From assembly GCA_001949185.1 (NCBI GenBank), contig BDGG01000002.1, positions 5,880,448-5,944,447 on the forward strand: 64,000 nt of DNA. Reading direction: 5' to 3'. Below, piece by piece: positions 1 to 14,800 of the stretch (the first letter of the stretch is position 1; each line of letters opens with the position of its first letter). The notes under the pieces are model-generated. The model searched no databases, was not told where the DNA came from, and worked only from the letters and a program-made list of their open reading frames with translations. The position numbers and the translations under genes are program-made. Source of the stretch: Ramazzottius varieornatus (taxonomy: Eukaryota > Animalia > Tardigrada).

Positions 1-1091
1 CAACATTCGCCGCTTTCTCCTTTCTCGATTGCGGACAGCCACTCTCCGTCAAGACGAGGAAGGACAGGCCAGCTTGGTGAACTCTTTGCTACGTAGCTAC
101 ATCCAGGATAACTTGTACGATCAAGCCGAGAAGCTGGTCGGGAAGCTTACCTACCCGGAAGCCGTCCACAACAACCAGCTGGCTCGCTTCCAGTACTACT
201 TGGGCCGAATCAAGGCTACCAAGCTGGAGTACTCGGAAGCTCAGCAGCATCTGTTGCAAGCTTCTCGCAAGGTCCCTTCCAACGGCGCGATCGGTTTCAA
301 GCAGACGGTAAGAAACTGAAGAAAAACAACTGAACCTTCTTGCGTATGTCTTGATAGCACTGAACCTTTCGATCATACTGAGCTTTTCCATAGGTTCAAA
401 AGTGGCTGGTGACCGTGGAGTTGCTCTTGGGAGACATCCCTGAACGCGCCATCTTTCTGGAGAAGGAGTACCGGGAGTGCCTCGCTCCATATTACGCGCT
501 AACACTGGGTAAGTCGAAAGTTGGAGTTTATCAGCTGTAGCTTCATAATGGTCGGCCTTTACAGCTATTCGCGCTGGGAAGTTGGCTCGCTTCAACGAGG
601 TCTTGAAGACGTACGCTGAGCGGTTCAAGAAGGACGAGACGTACTCGCTGATTGTCCGTCTCCGCCACAACGTCATCAAGACGGGCATCCGTACCATCAA
701 CGCCGCCTACTCGCGCATCTCGGTAGTCGATGTGGCCAAGAAGCTGCAGTTGGACAGCGTGGAAGATGTCTACTTCATTCTGGCCAAGGCTATCAACGAA
801 CGAGTCATCGAAGCACAGCTGCTGGCCGATTCGGGAACCCTGGTGTCCAAAGAGAACGTCAACATCTACTCGACGAAGGACCCCTTTGTGGCTTTCGACA
901 AACGCATCAAGTTCTGCCTGGACACCCACGACCAAAGCGTCAAGGCAATGCGCTTCCCGGCCAAGTCGTATCATGGCGATCTCGAGACGGCTGAAGAACG
1001 AAGAGAACGAGAGCAGCAGGAAGCAGAGCTGGCTAAAGAGATCGCCGATGAGGATGACGACATTTATCAGAGAGTACGTGCTTTATTTTGA
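1..1091 (+). CDS. PSMD3: 26S proteasome non-ATPase regulatory subunit 3 (Rpn3), 3' portion; exons ~1-307, 394-508, 565-1091
   Basis: Spliced translation gives [24 protein letters not shown]...[16 protein letters not shown]...[11 protein letters not shown]...[15 protein letters not shown]...YSRIS...VKAMRFP...[13 protein letters not shown] (PCI domain plus Rpn3 C-terminus). GT-AG introns at 308-393 and 509-564 keep the frame. The 5' end lies outside the window. Confidence 0.96.
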
Positions 1092-2286
1092 TGTTGTTGA
1101 AATTATTCGATGAGGATAACGATCTGCTGTAGATGGGTTCGAACTCTGTTCAGTCGTCACTGAACGATGTTCAAATTACGTTCACGCCACAGAAGTTTTC
1201 AGTATTCTTATTATTAGAACTCCATGCAGCTTTATGGTCTTCCTACAGTTTTACCTCCGAGATGTGTCAATTACTTTAATTTGACCGTGATATGCGAATC
1301 ACAGTGTGGGTGACCAAACACATGGCAGGCCACTAAAAGAACTGAATAAATGCAAGTGATTACTTGATTTGTGGTAACCGTGCTGAATGGCTTGCCATAT
1401 TTCGTTTGTTTTGGTCCACCGTGTAGTAAACAGATGGGTCATCGCAAAACAAATCAAGCGTTTGAATTGACACATCTGGGAGGTAGAACTGTATTTGACA
1501 ACTGGGAAACAGTCAGTTCAACAGTGGAGCAATACAAGACTTGCTAATATGATTGGCGAACCCGGAATTTTTCTGCAACGCATCAGATCCAGCTTTTCTT
1601 CCAGCAGCGATTTTCTTGGTCCACAAAAAGCGGCGAGGAAACACTCTCTGAACAAACTCGAGTCTGCTCGAGTGTTAGAAAGAAAGAATTAACCGTGAAA
1701 AGGAACGGCGACTTGAATATCGGAGAACCAGCTGCGAGAGGAGACAGCACACGTTTGTGGTATTGTTTTATCCAACGTCGACACCAAAGAGAAAACCAAT
1801 CAACCAACATTCCATCTTTCCGCTTTTCAACAAATACATAATTAATGACTTGCGACGTAAACCATGGGACAGTAGAGAAAAAGGAAAATACAGAAAAACT
1901 CCATTTACATTACAAGAGGTGAGTGAGCGCGAAGTCTCGTTGCTTCAGACAGGTTGCAGCTTCGGAACTGGCCGGAAGGGGATCCTCGTGAAGAGGGTGC
2001 GCTTTCCATCACGAGCTGCTTTTGGTCGAGGATATCAAACGCCAAGAGAGAGAGTACTACAGAGAGGGAACTGATCTGAGCCAACTGACCAACTCACGCC
2101 ACCTTGCGCGCGTACAAAGGAACAAGAAAAACAGGAGGAGAATCATGTAAGGAGAGATTGCAGTGTTCACTTCTCCGCTTGGGTGACTTCGAGTCTAGAT
2201 ACAGAACATGGTCCGTGCAGGCTATCACGAAAGCAAGAGAGTGGAGGAGGAGGCTTGTTCATTTATACTACGAAAAAGATGAGTTA

Positions 2287-4654
2287 TCATGCATTAGGTA
2301 TTGCCGCCAAGAGCTGCAGTGGTCGAGGTGAGTTCTCCACGTTCCCCGGCAGACGCGGAAGTCGTCGTTTCAGCCACTGGTGCTTGAGTGCTTCGATGGG
2401 CGTCATGCGAGTGATGGGATCCCAGTCCAGGCACCGCCGAATGAAGTCGAGGAATAAGAGGTCATCACAGCCTTTGAGAGCCGAGGCGAGATCCTTGCTG
2501 CCAGGAGGTCCACGGTACTTGCCACGCTTGTTGCGCGTACCCGTCAGTATCGTCTGCCCGTCGACGCTTTGTGTCACAACACAGTACCGCGGAATACCTG
2601 CAAGACATGAAGTTCAGAGTCAGTAGCATCAATTCCAGACTGAAAACGATACATAATCATCGGCCGAACAGAAAACAGCCAACAATCCACTTTGTAACAG
2701 CTTGCATACCACGACCCCAACGTTCGCAGTGGCGGAGCGTATGTAGGTACGTGATGCTCGCAATGAAATCTTTGCCATGCGGGAAGAATCACTTCGTGGC
2801 TTCTTTCTATTTCGCCATTCGCTGATTTCTATCATAAAACGGAAAGACAACATACCTTTGGAGGAGAAGAAGTTCCTTGAGCGTTTGCACGTCTCCAGCA
2901 TGCTTTCTGAAGGCATGCCCAGCAGTTCGATCATGGCGGCCAGTTGATCACCTTCGTCCTCGCCCGGCAGCAGTGGGAAGCCCGTGTACAGTTCCGCCAA
3001 GATGCAGCCAAACGACCACATATCAATGGCCATACCGTAGCGTCCTCCCAGGATGACTTCGGGTGCGCGGTAGAAGCGGGACTGAATGTAGGAATAAATA
3101 CGCTCATGCTCAAAGCACGAGGACCCAAAATCGATCACCTTGATCCCACTCCGGCCAGGCTGCTTCAACAGCACGTTTTCCGGCTACAAAAAGACAATTC
3201 AAAGCCCGTTAGTACCTTAATCCACCAATGCATCAGCAGGGAATAAAACCCGAATCAAAAAATGCTCAAGATTTTTTTCCTTGGTTTCTTCTCGTCTGTT
3301 GACATCCAAAAGCTCGACCATCTGACCCCCTAATACCTAATATCATGCACCTCCATATAAACGCCGTACGGCGACCATGATGTCGTGTATGCAGGTGCAA
3401 GAAAACTGGACAACACGCACCTACACACAGCACATCACGGTGGAAGTGCGCTTTGGTGTATGCAGGTGACTGACAGACAGCAATTTTTCCCCCCAAAAAT
3501 TTACTCTTTTTCCTTGTCTGGACGTACCTTCAAATCACAGTGAATAATCTTTTGTCTGTACAGGCATTCCATGCACTGGAGTATTGAATGAGCAAATTTA
3601 CGGACCAGCTGAAGACTGAAGCCTTGAAAGCGGTTCTTCTTGATGAGTTCGTAGAGGTTCATGGAGAGGAGTTCAAAGGTGATACACTTGTGGCTTCTGA
3701 AGACAAAGTGGTCCAGCATGTGGATGATGTTCATCGAGTTCTCGTTGTCCAGGCCCCGTAGATGGTCCAGAATCTTGATCTCCTCATCGGCCTGCTTGTG
3801 AAAGCGCTTCTCGTTGCGGACCGTCTTCAGCCCGACGTAGGTGTGCGTCTTGTGGTCGTAGGCCTTGACCACTTGGCCAAAGCTGCCTTTGCCTATCACC
3901 TTCAGCACTTCGTAGCGGTAGGCAATGTGGTCGTGGATGACGTGCTGGTAGGAGCCGTTCTCCGAGTCGTAGCCGCCGTTATTTGGTCCGTTGAAGCTGG
4001 CTGCTATCTTCTTGGCACGGGAACCCACACAATAAATCTGCGGGTATGAGAAGATCTCCTGCTTCTCGTAGGTTGTCAGCACGTTCTGGTACAATTTGAA
4101 GGCGTGCTCGCAGGTCAGGAAGTGCTCCGTAGCTGGCATCGTGTTCATTGCTCTGCGAACACATAAAAACAAAGTACATCAATATCAATCTTCCCGAAAA
4201 TTCCACATTCAATTTCAGAATATTCCCTTTCATTGCCGAATATTTTCCGAATGGAGATTACGAATTTTACAAACAAAATTGATGCAGACTTTTCTGTTAA
4301 TTTTGCGAGCATTTTTCTTCCGGTAAGACATTAGGTGAAATTTCGATCTGGAATTACAGTTTCCAAAAGTAAATTAATTACAGTTTTCTGTCATTTCCGG
4401 TTCACTTGATTTCGATGAGAAAAGACATACTTGACAACTTGTGGAGATCGTGGAATCTGCGGGACGATGGAGTGGCCATTGGTACTGCCGTGGGAGGAGA
4501 GGACCATCACTTCGTCGGGGCTGTCACCGCCGTTGATCCCGTCATCGTGTCCGTTGAGGTTGATATCGCTCATGTTAGTGGCAAGCTTGTTGATGGGTGG
4601 TAGCAAAATGTTACTGGCATCAACAAAAGGTGGCATAGCTCTTCCCGTCGGCAT
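2287..4654 (-). CDS. DYRK2: Class II dual-specificity tyrosine-regulated kinase (DYRK2/3); exons 4654-4431, 4152-3528, 3183-2856, 2597-2287
   Basis: Contains a NAPA-like [16 protein letters not shown], a DH box (YDSENGSY), [16 protein letters not shown]|PENVLL, DFGSSC and the YxY activation loop [17 protein letters not shown]. All three introns are GT-AG and frame-consistent. An in-frame TGA lies just upstream of ATG 4654. The C-terminal end is less certain. Confidence 0.95.
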
Positions 4655-4656
4655 AC

Positions 4657-4716
4657 TCACTCAACGACGAGCCGAGCCAAGAAGAGGATATGGGCCTGGT
4701 AGCCGGATAGCCTCAT
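4657..4716 (-). other. Upstream ORF (19 aa, MRLSGYQAHILFLARLVVE) in the DYRK2 leader exon
   Basis: ATG at 4716 and TGA at 4659-4657, two nt before the DYRK2 ATG, within the exon whose acceptor is at 4743-4745. Confidence 0.55.
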
Positions 4717-7700
4717 AGAAGAACAAGCAGTATGGCCAAATCCTGAAATCAAAACAAAGCCCGTTAGACTTCCCATTTCGGCTCAAACTGGAACAAAACT
4801 CTACGCCGTCACACCGTTACACAACCAAGCCTCTTTGGCGTTGCGAAACTCCACCACTACAAAGTCGCGCTTTACGAAACATCACACAGGTCTCTTCAGG
4901 TACCGAGGGAAAGTTACCGCAGCTGTATTTACACAGAGGTAGTAGTCGCAGCTAGCTTCAAGAGCAAAGCACAGACTGCATCATAAAGTAGTGAAATCCG
5001 CTCAAAGATCCGGTTAGCATCACAAAGTAGTGGGCCAAGTCCTCTTCACATCTCAAGGCGCAGTTACCGTCTCACGACTACACGATATAACCAGTGCGCC
5101 GCTCTCAACTCAACCCCGCCGTACACACTTTCATCTCGCCTTGCCTTGCCTTTTTACTCATCACCGTCTTTCTCCGAAGAAGGATGAGAAAAGCAGCCTC
5201 GGACAGCAGCCTCGGAAATTACCTGACCTGCTGAAGAAGACAAAGGAAGATCTTCAACAGCAAGATTCCAACTATCTCTCCACTCTCAGCCAGTCCATCG
5301 AACATCACATTTTCTCCCTTCTGAAACGATCACAAAGAGACACATCTTAGTACTGCTAGACTGTAGCGAGCAAAACAAAGACAGGTTGGTCAAGATGTCC
5401 GAAGGCTCTTCTACTTTACTTTAACAACGTGTCAGCGAGGCAAGTCAGTCGAGCAGCAAAACCACCCATTTTCCTCCGAACTTTTACCCGCTTTCGCCTG
5501 CTTTTTTTCACCGCATACGTGGACGGTATATTATCATCGGGGACCAGCGGACAGTGAGAGAAGCCCACTTGACCATCAAAATCAAAGTCTCGTCCGGCAG
5601 CCCTGTGACCGACTGAGGCTGAAGCTGATCGAAGCGAGCGATCGTAGCGCTTCGTCAACCACAAAATTAACGATCGACCGGCTATAAAAGAACGACCGAA
5701 GTCTCGGCTATGCTGGCAGTAAATGCTCTGTTTCCCGTGGCACTCTTGCGAACTAAAGAGTAAAGACCAAAGCGAGGCATTTGTTTTTCTGACCAGTGGC
5801 CTTGTTGAAGCTAAGCTCGTCGAAGCCCGGAAGCTGTTATTTGATAGACCTGACACTACCCACCATATAACCTCAGTCGCTCTGAACTTTCATCATTTCG
5901 CCCTCGAGAACTGCCGAAACTCTTTCCCACAAGAAACCATAAAAATCATATGTCAATTCGATATTAAACGCGTCGATTTGAGTCAAATCGTTCTTCAAAT
6001 GGCGAACTTTAGTACAATCTTTTTCTAATCCGCTTTCCGTAAAAGTCGTACCAACGCCCATAGGCCATATGCATTGCATTACGATAAATCGGCCTAATGA
6101 ATCAAGCTCTTTTGTACGAAAGTTCCCTCACTGCGAGCCATCCTCTCCGCCACACACGTCTTCACTCTCATCATTTCATCAATCACATGCAAACCTTGCA
6201 AAAACTGCCGATACTCACCCGCGTCAAGCTAGCAAGAAAGCAAAGACGCAAAGAGGATATATTAGTGCATACAGTCTTTCCGTTCATTCGGAGGCTCCGA
6301 GTCGATATCAAGAGCCACCGTTATGACATGCCCGCAGATTACGTGAATCCACGGCGTAGCAGCTATCAAAGCCGCGATCAGGTTGCTCTGAGGAAGAAAC
6401 TATGTGTGGGGGAGCCCAGACAGAAAATCCAGTTGAAAGGAGCGGCTCTCCGATCTTTTCTATGACGGTTAGTCAACCATTTTCCACGCAAGTCCACTTA
6501 CAGAGTTCGCCGATGGGTTCTGCACCCATCAAATTCCAAAAGATAACTCCCACGCGTTTGTAATAACAACAACAACCGTCTGCAATATGGAAAGGTATGT
6601 ATTCCGGTGGCGGACAAACGCACTTCCTGCTATTGCACAGATTACGGGCCCGTCACGAAGAGATAGTCAGAAACGACAGAAAGGCTTCCTTGACACACTT
6701 TCCTTTCCAGCACAAGTAGCGGCAACTGCAACTGCCAGCGCACATGGAAGTAAGGCCTTTACAAAAACATTTATGACCAATTGAGTATACAGAGTCGCGC
6801 ACAGTCTTCTCAAATGTGTGTTACGGCGGCACTGCTCGCGAGCTTTCAGTCCGGTGGTATTATCAAAGAAGGCAAAGTAGCCAAGCATTACATTTCAACT
6901 TAGAGAGACGCTCTTTCCGCAAAGACCAGTAGCTGCTGTACTAAAAGAGTGAGATTAGAATAGTCGGTCGATCGAGCAAACGAGCAGTGAGAAACGCTGG
7001 CGTACGCCACTATCCTAGCTACCACCAACACCAGGCGAGAGCAAAGAGTAACTTACCAGAGTACGATCGTTCGATGTCATCACCGATCGGCCACAAACCA
7101 GATTTCTCACATGGTCCAACCCAAATAACACATACAGGCCGTACCAATAATATCCACTACCGCGATCGTCTAGCAAGATGCGCGATGGCGGAGGGGAAAT
7201 CAAGGCGTTGCGAGCTTCAAGACGTCAGTCAACCAGGGCAGCGCTAGAGCTTGGACGGCATGCGACCTACTAGCTTAGCAATGTAGAATAAACTCAAGTA
7301 CCAGCCAGAAATGGGTCGACTACACCATCCTAGCTAAGAGAAGCCCATTTCACTCAACAAGCAGTCAGTGATGATAAAAAGTATTACATTAAAATAACGA
7401 GATGGACACACAGTATAACGATATAGATACCGTTCCACGATACAGCTTCACCATTCACTCATCTTCCTCCGCAGAAAAACTTGCATCGAACTAAGCCTGC
7501 CTGACAGACGAACGAGCTTATTCTGTACAGCGAAGTCAAAATCAGCCTCCTCGCCTAGACATTATTTTCCCTAGCCTGGTGCGCGATCAATCTGGATGTG
7601 CCCAAATATCGAGCGAGTACTCTGGCCGCGTACAGTATTAGGAGATCAATATGATTGACATCCGTCGGGAGGAAGAGACGGCTTGTGAGTCGCCAAGAGG

Positions 7701-8446
7701 GAATCGATAGTACATCGAAGCTAGCTGGTTAGACTTTCCCCGTAACTTTGCATTCACATGTTTACTTCTCCCTCCTAACCTATCCTCCTGTCCATGGAAG
7801 AGCCAAACGCCGAGAGCTCTTCCTCATTAGGGTCTTTTGACGTTGGCGCACATACAGACCAAATAAACAGCTACAAGAACGAACGCATTGTCCACATTGC
7901 AACCTCACATCTTTACACGCCACAGTGCCGGAAACGTTGGACGGCCCAACCGGCAGGAACCAATTAGTCAAGACCGCCAACTCTGTCGTCTGATTCGAGC
8001 TCACCTATCCTTGAACAAATGTGTCAGTTACGGTTAGACGAACCTTTATCATTATGCTGGCGGAAAGGCGATCTCTACCGAAAGAGTCTTGACACCCGAC
8101 TGTAACATTGGTCTTTGAATACTGCCCAAAGTCATCATCATCTGACTGGCCTAAAATGCAGAATCGAATTAGACGTTCTGACCTGGCCTTGCCGAAACGA
8201 CAACAAATACATGGCCAGATATTTGGCACGAACCTTCTAGCGAACGCAATTAAGAAGCTGTGAAGAGAAGCCCCGCTGCGAAGCACTCTTTGAGGGTTTC
8301 TTCGATTCATCAACGAACCCAGTTTGCCTGGCTTCTGTGAGAACTATTTGGAACCAGACTAGCTGCCGCCACGCCGTGCATCTCTATTTTTATTGGTTCA
8401 CAACACTTGGCTGTTGAGCCTAAACTTAAGCCGCCTGCACATAAGA

Positions 8447-8882
8447 TGGAGTTTCACGGCGCCTTCAAAATCCAGTCAATATCTAATCGGACGCGCAGCA
8501 TCTGCCTGCCAACCAGTGCGCGCATGGCAGCGTGTTCCTGTGACCCAAAGCCGATGCCGTACATCATCGCTCTTCCTGTCTTCTTCAACGATCGACGACC
8601 AGCGTCAGTCGGCCCACAAGAAGACAACTTTCTTCCACCGGTCCATCGGTCGATATGCAGGGTTCTCCGAAGCGCAACGCTTAAAGCCGTACGCGGCACC
8701 ATCATTAATCATTCATCAGGAGGCGCTTCCCGCTTCCTAAATCGTCACGACCCACAGTGGGGAAAGCGAGAAACTAGTTCACACACTCCCATACACAAAC
8801 TACGCTGGATATTTTAGCCTTTACAGGTTTTTGCGTAACAGTGCCAACTAGGCCATTCTTGAGTCAATAGTGCATTCCTTCC
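8447..8882 (+). repeat. Dispersed ~440-bp repeat, copy 1 (inverted relative to the copy at 17787-18246)
   Basis: Reverse complement of 17787-18246 matches almost base for base, and the ORF track shows identical peptides. This copy lacks a 23-nt segment (ctggacctgatggcgattgtcgg). Confidence 0.93.
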
Positions 8883-11800
8883 CCTCCCTTCTCTGCATCA
8901 CTCCGCGCACGCATTCAGATTTCCTCTCCTGCAAATAGCTTCTTTTACAATGTCAGAATACTTCTCTCAAACGGTACGCTTGCTTTGGCCGACGTCAGTG
9001 AAGGTTCCTGGCCAATATCAAATGGTTCTTGACAAGAATGGGCCTAGTACAAACACATATTTTCAAGGCAGTTGACGTAGTTAGAGCACCTTCAATCGAG
9101 AGTACCTATCATTCCTTACCTGACAATACCATCACACAATCTGACTCTTTGGCTGTCGACTTCGTTTCTAAAGTCTTTACATATTCAACGGGACGAACTA
9201 AGCCAACAAACACTCTTCAAGAACATGCCACCATCAAGAAAACCTTGGCTACTTTGGAAACCCTCTCTTCACTCCCGCAAAAATATACGTTCCGCGCAGG
9301 TGGGTATACCTTTTGCCCCGTGACAGGACAGTTCCTTCGTCGCGGACTGAAGAGCACGGCACAACAACCTCCGTCCGCACACCAAGCAAGCAAGCACGAA
9401 GCACCTTTGACAGTACGAAGACCCATGCGAATCACCTGCACTCGTCCAACAACCTGCATAGGAAGCAATCTCACCGGTCAATCCAACTCATAAAACCCTT
9501 TCGAGATAATTTATCGTCATTCACACCACAATCGTATACACACGATATATTACTTGTCGATTGAACTTGTAATAACCAGCAAGACAACAAACTTTAATCG
9601 ACGACCCATGCATGCAAAGCGCCATAACCCTCACCAGCCCGCGCAATTCCTCTAAAAAGCTCCCGAAAAGTCTCCCTTAGTTTTCACAAGCTTTGCTGTA
9701 GACTTATTCGCTTCCTAAAATAACATACGAGTACAGCAAAGGGTGTCAGGTTTAACTATGCGCAAAGTTCAATCTACCATGCGTTGATTGGGTTTCCTGA
9801 AATATACCATTACGCAAACGGAAAAGCAAGCACGTAACGATCCAGCAAAAGAACCATCAGACTTCCGCTGTTCTTTCAGCAGTAATCGCTATCCTTCACA
9901 ACACTTCTCTCCTCTGGTCGGAAGACAATTATCTTGTATTATTATACGGCTGCCATATCAAGGCTAACGTTGCCGACCGGCGAAGGGAAAAAACGTGATT
10001 ATTCAAGCGATACCGCAAAGAGTCGATTCGCTCAGCGTACCTCAGCGAATCCACAGTGGCTATCTTTCGCATCTTGGTCTAATCGTAGGTGACACATTAG
10101 CCGGAAATCACAGCGTCACCTGTGGTTGTACAAAAAGCCAACCGCAGGTCCGCAGATACGACAGGTTGCAGCGGAAGAGCAAAGTACCTTGTTGATTACA
10201 ACCACCGTCAGAAGACAGAATCACAAGCGGCTGTCCAAATACGTTTCAGCGGAGAATTATGTAATTATCCACGCAACTTCTCGCCATGCAGCAAAAGACC
10301 CCTCAATCTCAACAGCCGTGGAGAGCCCGGTAACTTTTAATCACCACCGAAGAAAAACAGCACGACTCTCCATACTTAAGACAACTCCAGCACGTAATCA
10401 GCTCTCACGACTGGCAAAGTCAGCCATTTCCATCTCACACATCTCTCGTTCACGAAAACAGCAATCGCAGTTCGAGTATTGCCCACTAATCCTCCCTTCC
10501 TCACCAGCAATCAGACTCCTTCGCCTTTCCTTCCAGTCACAGGGAAAAACACAGTACTTGCTGCACACCCCAAGTACTGCGTCTTCAGACTCGATAGCTG
10601 CTTCAAACAAAAGCTTCAGCCTTCGTTAGATCACAGGGTCGAATAGGAAAGAGTAGATTAATGTTTGCGACCTTGACACAAACCTATTAATGACAATACC
10701 CAAGTCAGAAAGCCGGAAACCCTCTCTTGCATCAGACCAGCATCCATCTGAAATACCCTGGACATAATCAAAATCCTTCAACGAACTGTCCTTGTTCCCA
10801 AAACCTGAAAGACTTCACATTTCCGGCTAGTATCCACACGAGTCAGCCGAATCCTGAAATATTTCAGCGGCTGGGGAGCTTCCCACCTTCGTGCTGGACA
10901 ATTCTGGTCCTTGTCCGTCATGCAAGCCTTACACGTTCATCACTCGTCAGCGGAAAGCTCGCACACCCATAATTCCAGCTTGTCCGAGCTTGCAAGTCGC
11001 AACAAGCCAGTTGAGCCTGAAGGCTAACCACATCGTTCACATAGCGCCCTCTTCACATCCACATCCACCCGCGCACATGCATCAACACGGCCAACTGCAA
11101 CTCCGATGACCAAAAGCGTCATCCGCCATCTGTCACGGCCTCATGAGCCTTCAAACGGTCACTACAGCCATCTTGCTCGCTTCCACCGGTCAATGCTGCT
11201 CTCTACTCTAGCCCCACCGCGACTACATCAAGCGATACGTGCACAAAAGATCGGAGCAAATGTCCAACTGCACGCAAATATGCCAGCGTGCAAAACATCC
11301 CTTCGATCTAATGCTGACTGAAGGCTCGACCAGCCAGACAATCTGCCAGACTATTTACTGAGAATTTGTCGAGAGTAACTGACCTTATTTATGAAGAGAG
11401 AATTCCTAATTGCGGAATTCCGAGGCAAGTGGACGAAGGCCAGTCCGAAATTAGTCCACAGTCTTCTTAGCTGTTATTCCGCCCTTTCTGCAAACAACAA
11501 CCATACAAGATCAGCATTTAACTTCCCCATAAAACTATCTAGGTGAACTTTCATGAAATTAGACAGCGTTCTTCGGGCGAATGGTTTCCTCTGAGAAACT
11601 GAGCAGTCTCACAGGAGACGACAAAGACGTAAACTTAGGTCGCTCGCACGCATAGTGTGCCTGAACAACCTCAAAGAGCTTGGTCGATCATGGCAGCTAA
11701 CTTAGTGCAGGTTCTTGGGCCATCATCATGCGCAGACAAGCGTGCAAGCAGCGCGGAACCCAGCATGAATAATATCGCCATGATTGGCCGAGAAATTCAT

Positions 11801-14800
11801 GTCAAGAGATATCTCAACGCTCGAAAAGAAATTACAAAGTTCAAGCGTGCTTTCGTCTACGCAAAAGCCATAAAGTCCACAGCAAAAGCACAACAAACGT
11901 CCTACTATTTCCTTGTGCTGCCCAACTTCCGAAAACCCATCACAACATTGTAAAAAGCTCGAAGACCCACAAATAAACACCATAAAAGCACCCACGAAAT
12001 ATCTACCGAATATGCAGGTAAAGTCGAACGTTCCTTCGGTAAGCCAGACAACAAAGACGATACCTTCAGAGAGCAGAAGCAGTGCAAAAGTATTCACTTG
12101 CTGGAAGGGTGCAAAGCCATTATGATGGTCAAGCGACGAGCGTTGCAGAGCAGAGTAGCCAGTCTGCGTCAGTTCAACTGGAAATGTGCTCGACTGTGCT
12201 CGTAGGCATCCACGGTATACTCAAAACAATCCAGACTTGAGCTAACAAGTCATGGCCGATTTCCATCACTCGTTGTTTCCTATCCTTCACAGTTCATACG
12301 TGCAAGACCAAGGCTCTACTCTACTCGATAGCCTCTGAATGGTTGAACATGCTAGACTAAACCAGATCTCCTTTGTTATCGTGTGGGCTGGCACTACAGT
12401 TCAAGCTTGCCTTTCACTTCAGCTCGCATCGCTCGCGTAACACCAGCCTAGCCAGCTCAACTATCAAGCTTGTTTCCTCCATCCACCGTCACCAACCGAT
12501 CGACATGTACACCATTTCGATGTCTACAAAAGAGAATATAACATAACAGCCTCTGCTAATCTGAGGCTTGCACTTTGTGCAGATGACCAATCATGGCGAC
12601 TACAGTGTGAGCTGGCAGGATGAGCCACCTGCCTGTGACAATTTCAACTTGTCCTTGCTCGCTGACGTCGAAGCTCGAAAAAAAACATCAGCGACCCAAG
12701 CCAACTTTCAAGATCTCTAACTTCACTCTTGGCAAGTACCGAGAGTACCTCATGAAGTACCGAGGAGTGTTCCTCCTTCGAATGCTGAAGGAAGTCTACT
12801 GGATGTGGATATCTTTTCGCCTGCAACAACAGTGACATCTGGCTGGACATTAAGACGTATTACACGGCAGTATTCGTGGTCGTGCTCGGACTTTGCGTCT
12901 GTATGAAATATCGCCAAAATTGAGACCAACCATCTCCGTCTGGCGATCATGAATAATGCGCAAATCTATACGAAAGCAAATACCCTCAAACGACAAATCA
13001 TTACTACAGTATGTCTGCTGGGATACAGCATACACATGCAATTTGCAACATTGTCTCGCCTATCTGTCCGCGCCGCATTTAGACTCGTAAAACTGCGCAT
13101 CAACAACCTCATCTGCGTGAAATCTTCCGTACGGTTTAACTGACCCTTTCAGTACTTCCTCTGCTCGGACATTCGAAGAACCTCCTTCTCAAATTTGAAA
13201 CCGTTTGCGATGCGAGTACCCTAACGAAAACGCCAAGTCAGCAACGAGGAAGTAACACCCATGACATCACAATTCGCAAACAAACTTGCTCCCATAAAAC
13301 GCACACACGAGGCTTTGATATGATCCACATGCATAAAATGTGGGGCAATATTATGCTGAGCTTTGATGTTCCAACTCATAACTCAATCGCAAAAGCCCCC
13401 CTGCGAAAAGCAGCGGGGAACCCCCCCTGTAGAGACAACTTCCTACAAGCACAATGCTGTCAACCACCTGTATGCCGCGCCTTACCGAAAGACAATGCAG
13501 AACCCCATTCTGTCGACGAGATCACAAGAACCTTCGTACTAACCGGTTGTGGCCTCACCTCATGCATAAGCACGTCGAAGGCCTTCCTTGCCTTCGGGGC
13601 ACTCAAATGATGAAGCCTGAATGTTAGTAAGTAAACGGCGGACTCAATCAGCGACCTACAAGTCATTTCCTACAAACGCTGGTAATGTCTACAGGCGAAA
13701 TCAAACACAATTCACCGCACGTTAATATGATGCCAATCATCCCTGTTCGTGAAACCAAGGCGAACCTTTAACTGACCCGCAGCTATATCAGAGAACAGAA
13801 GGCCGAGAAGGTACTAAACTTGACCTGATGCGCGAAGACTACAGCGGCTCGAATGTCTTCGAAGCTCAGCCCACAGCCATAAAAGCCTTGCGCGGCCATC
13901 GCAACCTTATCATGGAAAAACAGTCACACATTGCTTCCACGGGAAGAAAGACCAAACTAAGCACTGTGGACTTACGTTTCGACAAAGTCCAGTCCCTTCC
14001 TTTCGATTAATCCGCAAGTTACTTTAGGTGGGTCCTCGATCCTCAGGTTCTGGAAAAAACAACCGAGCTTAAGGTACAGTAAGCGGAAACAACACAACTG
14101 GCCTATGCAGAGTGAAAAACGAATGATGGAATGAGCTCGACAGAAAGTTGACTAAAGCGATGAAAGGTGGGAAACCTTGACAATCACGGTCGCGCCGCGC
14201 AATGAAATACCAACATTACGTGAAGCCTCGCTATCGCCAGTTATTTCCTTTGTGAAGACACCAAACAAGGTAGAGACGACATTACTGGCACAGATCAGCA
14301 TTGAGGTCCTGACGGAAGTAAATTACAAAAATGTGATCATATACGGAAATGAAATGGATTCTGATCACTCTCAGCACAGCACCACCTGGTTCCATAAAGC
14401 CCAAACCAAGGTTACACTAAGACCACCTCGATCTTGGTTACACAGCCTCGATGATAACCAAATATATGCAGCAGAATCGGAACAGTTAACATCCACCGGC
14501 CCCTCTTTCCCGTCCTTGGATGGTTACTCAGCACGAGCTACCCCCGAAAAAGCGCCCCGATATTCAAAATTCAGCAAACAGAAATACCAACCACGGGATA
14601 GAATTAGTTCAACGCCACGGTTAACCTCACACCTGAAAGCAAGCTTCGTTTTGTGGGTCGTTGTACTGATTAGGTTCTGTTCGCCGCGATGACTGGCAAG
14701 CATGTGAAAAGATTGCGAGTTCGTCATGTGTTTGTACAAGCAAGAAATGTCTATATTCTCCTGCTGACATTAATTACCTGTTGACGACGCCTTTGCGTCC

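Noticed and set aside
89-974. Long minus-strand ORFs (203 aa, 143 aa) over PSMD3
   Set aside because: Antisense shadows of codon-biased coding exons.
8393-8817. ORFs inside the dispersed repeat as a duplicated gene
   Set aside because: The 23-nt indel shifts frames between the copies and no domain is recognisable.
9029-9493. 154-aa plus-strand ORF (and similar ORFs at 10126-10629 and 14177-14692)
   Set aside because: Non-ATG starts, no recognisable motifs, and T/S/P/Q/K-rich composition expected from the A/C-skewed antisense strand of a long intron.
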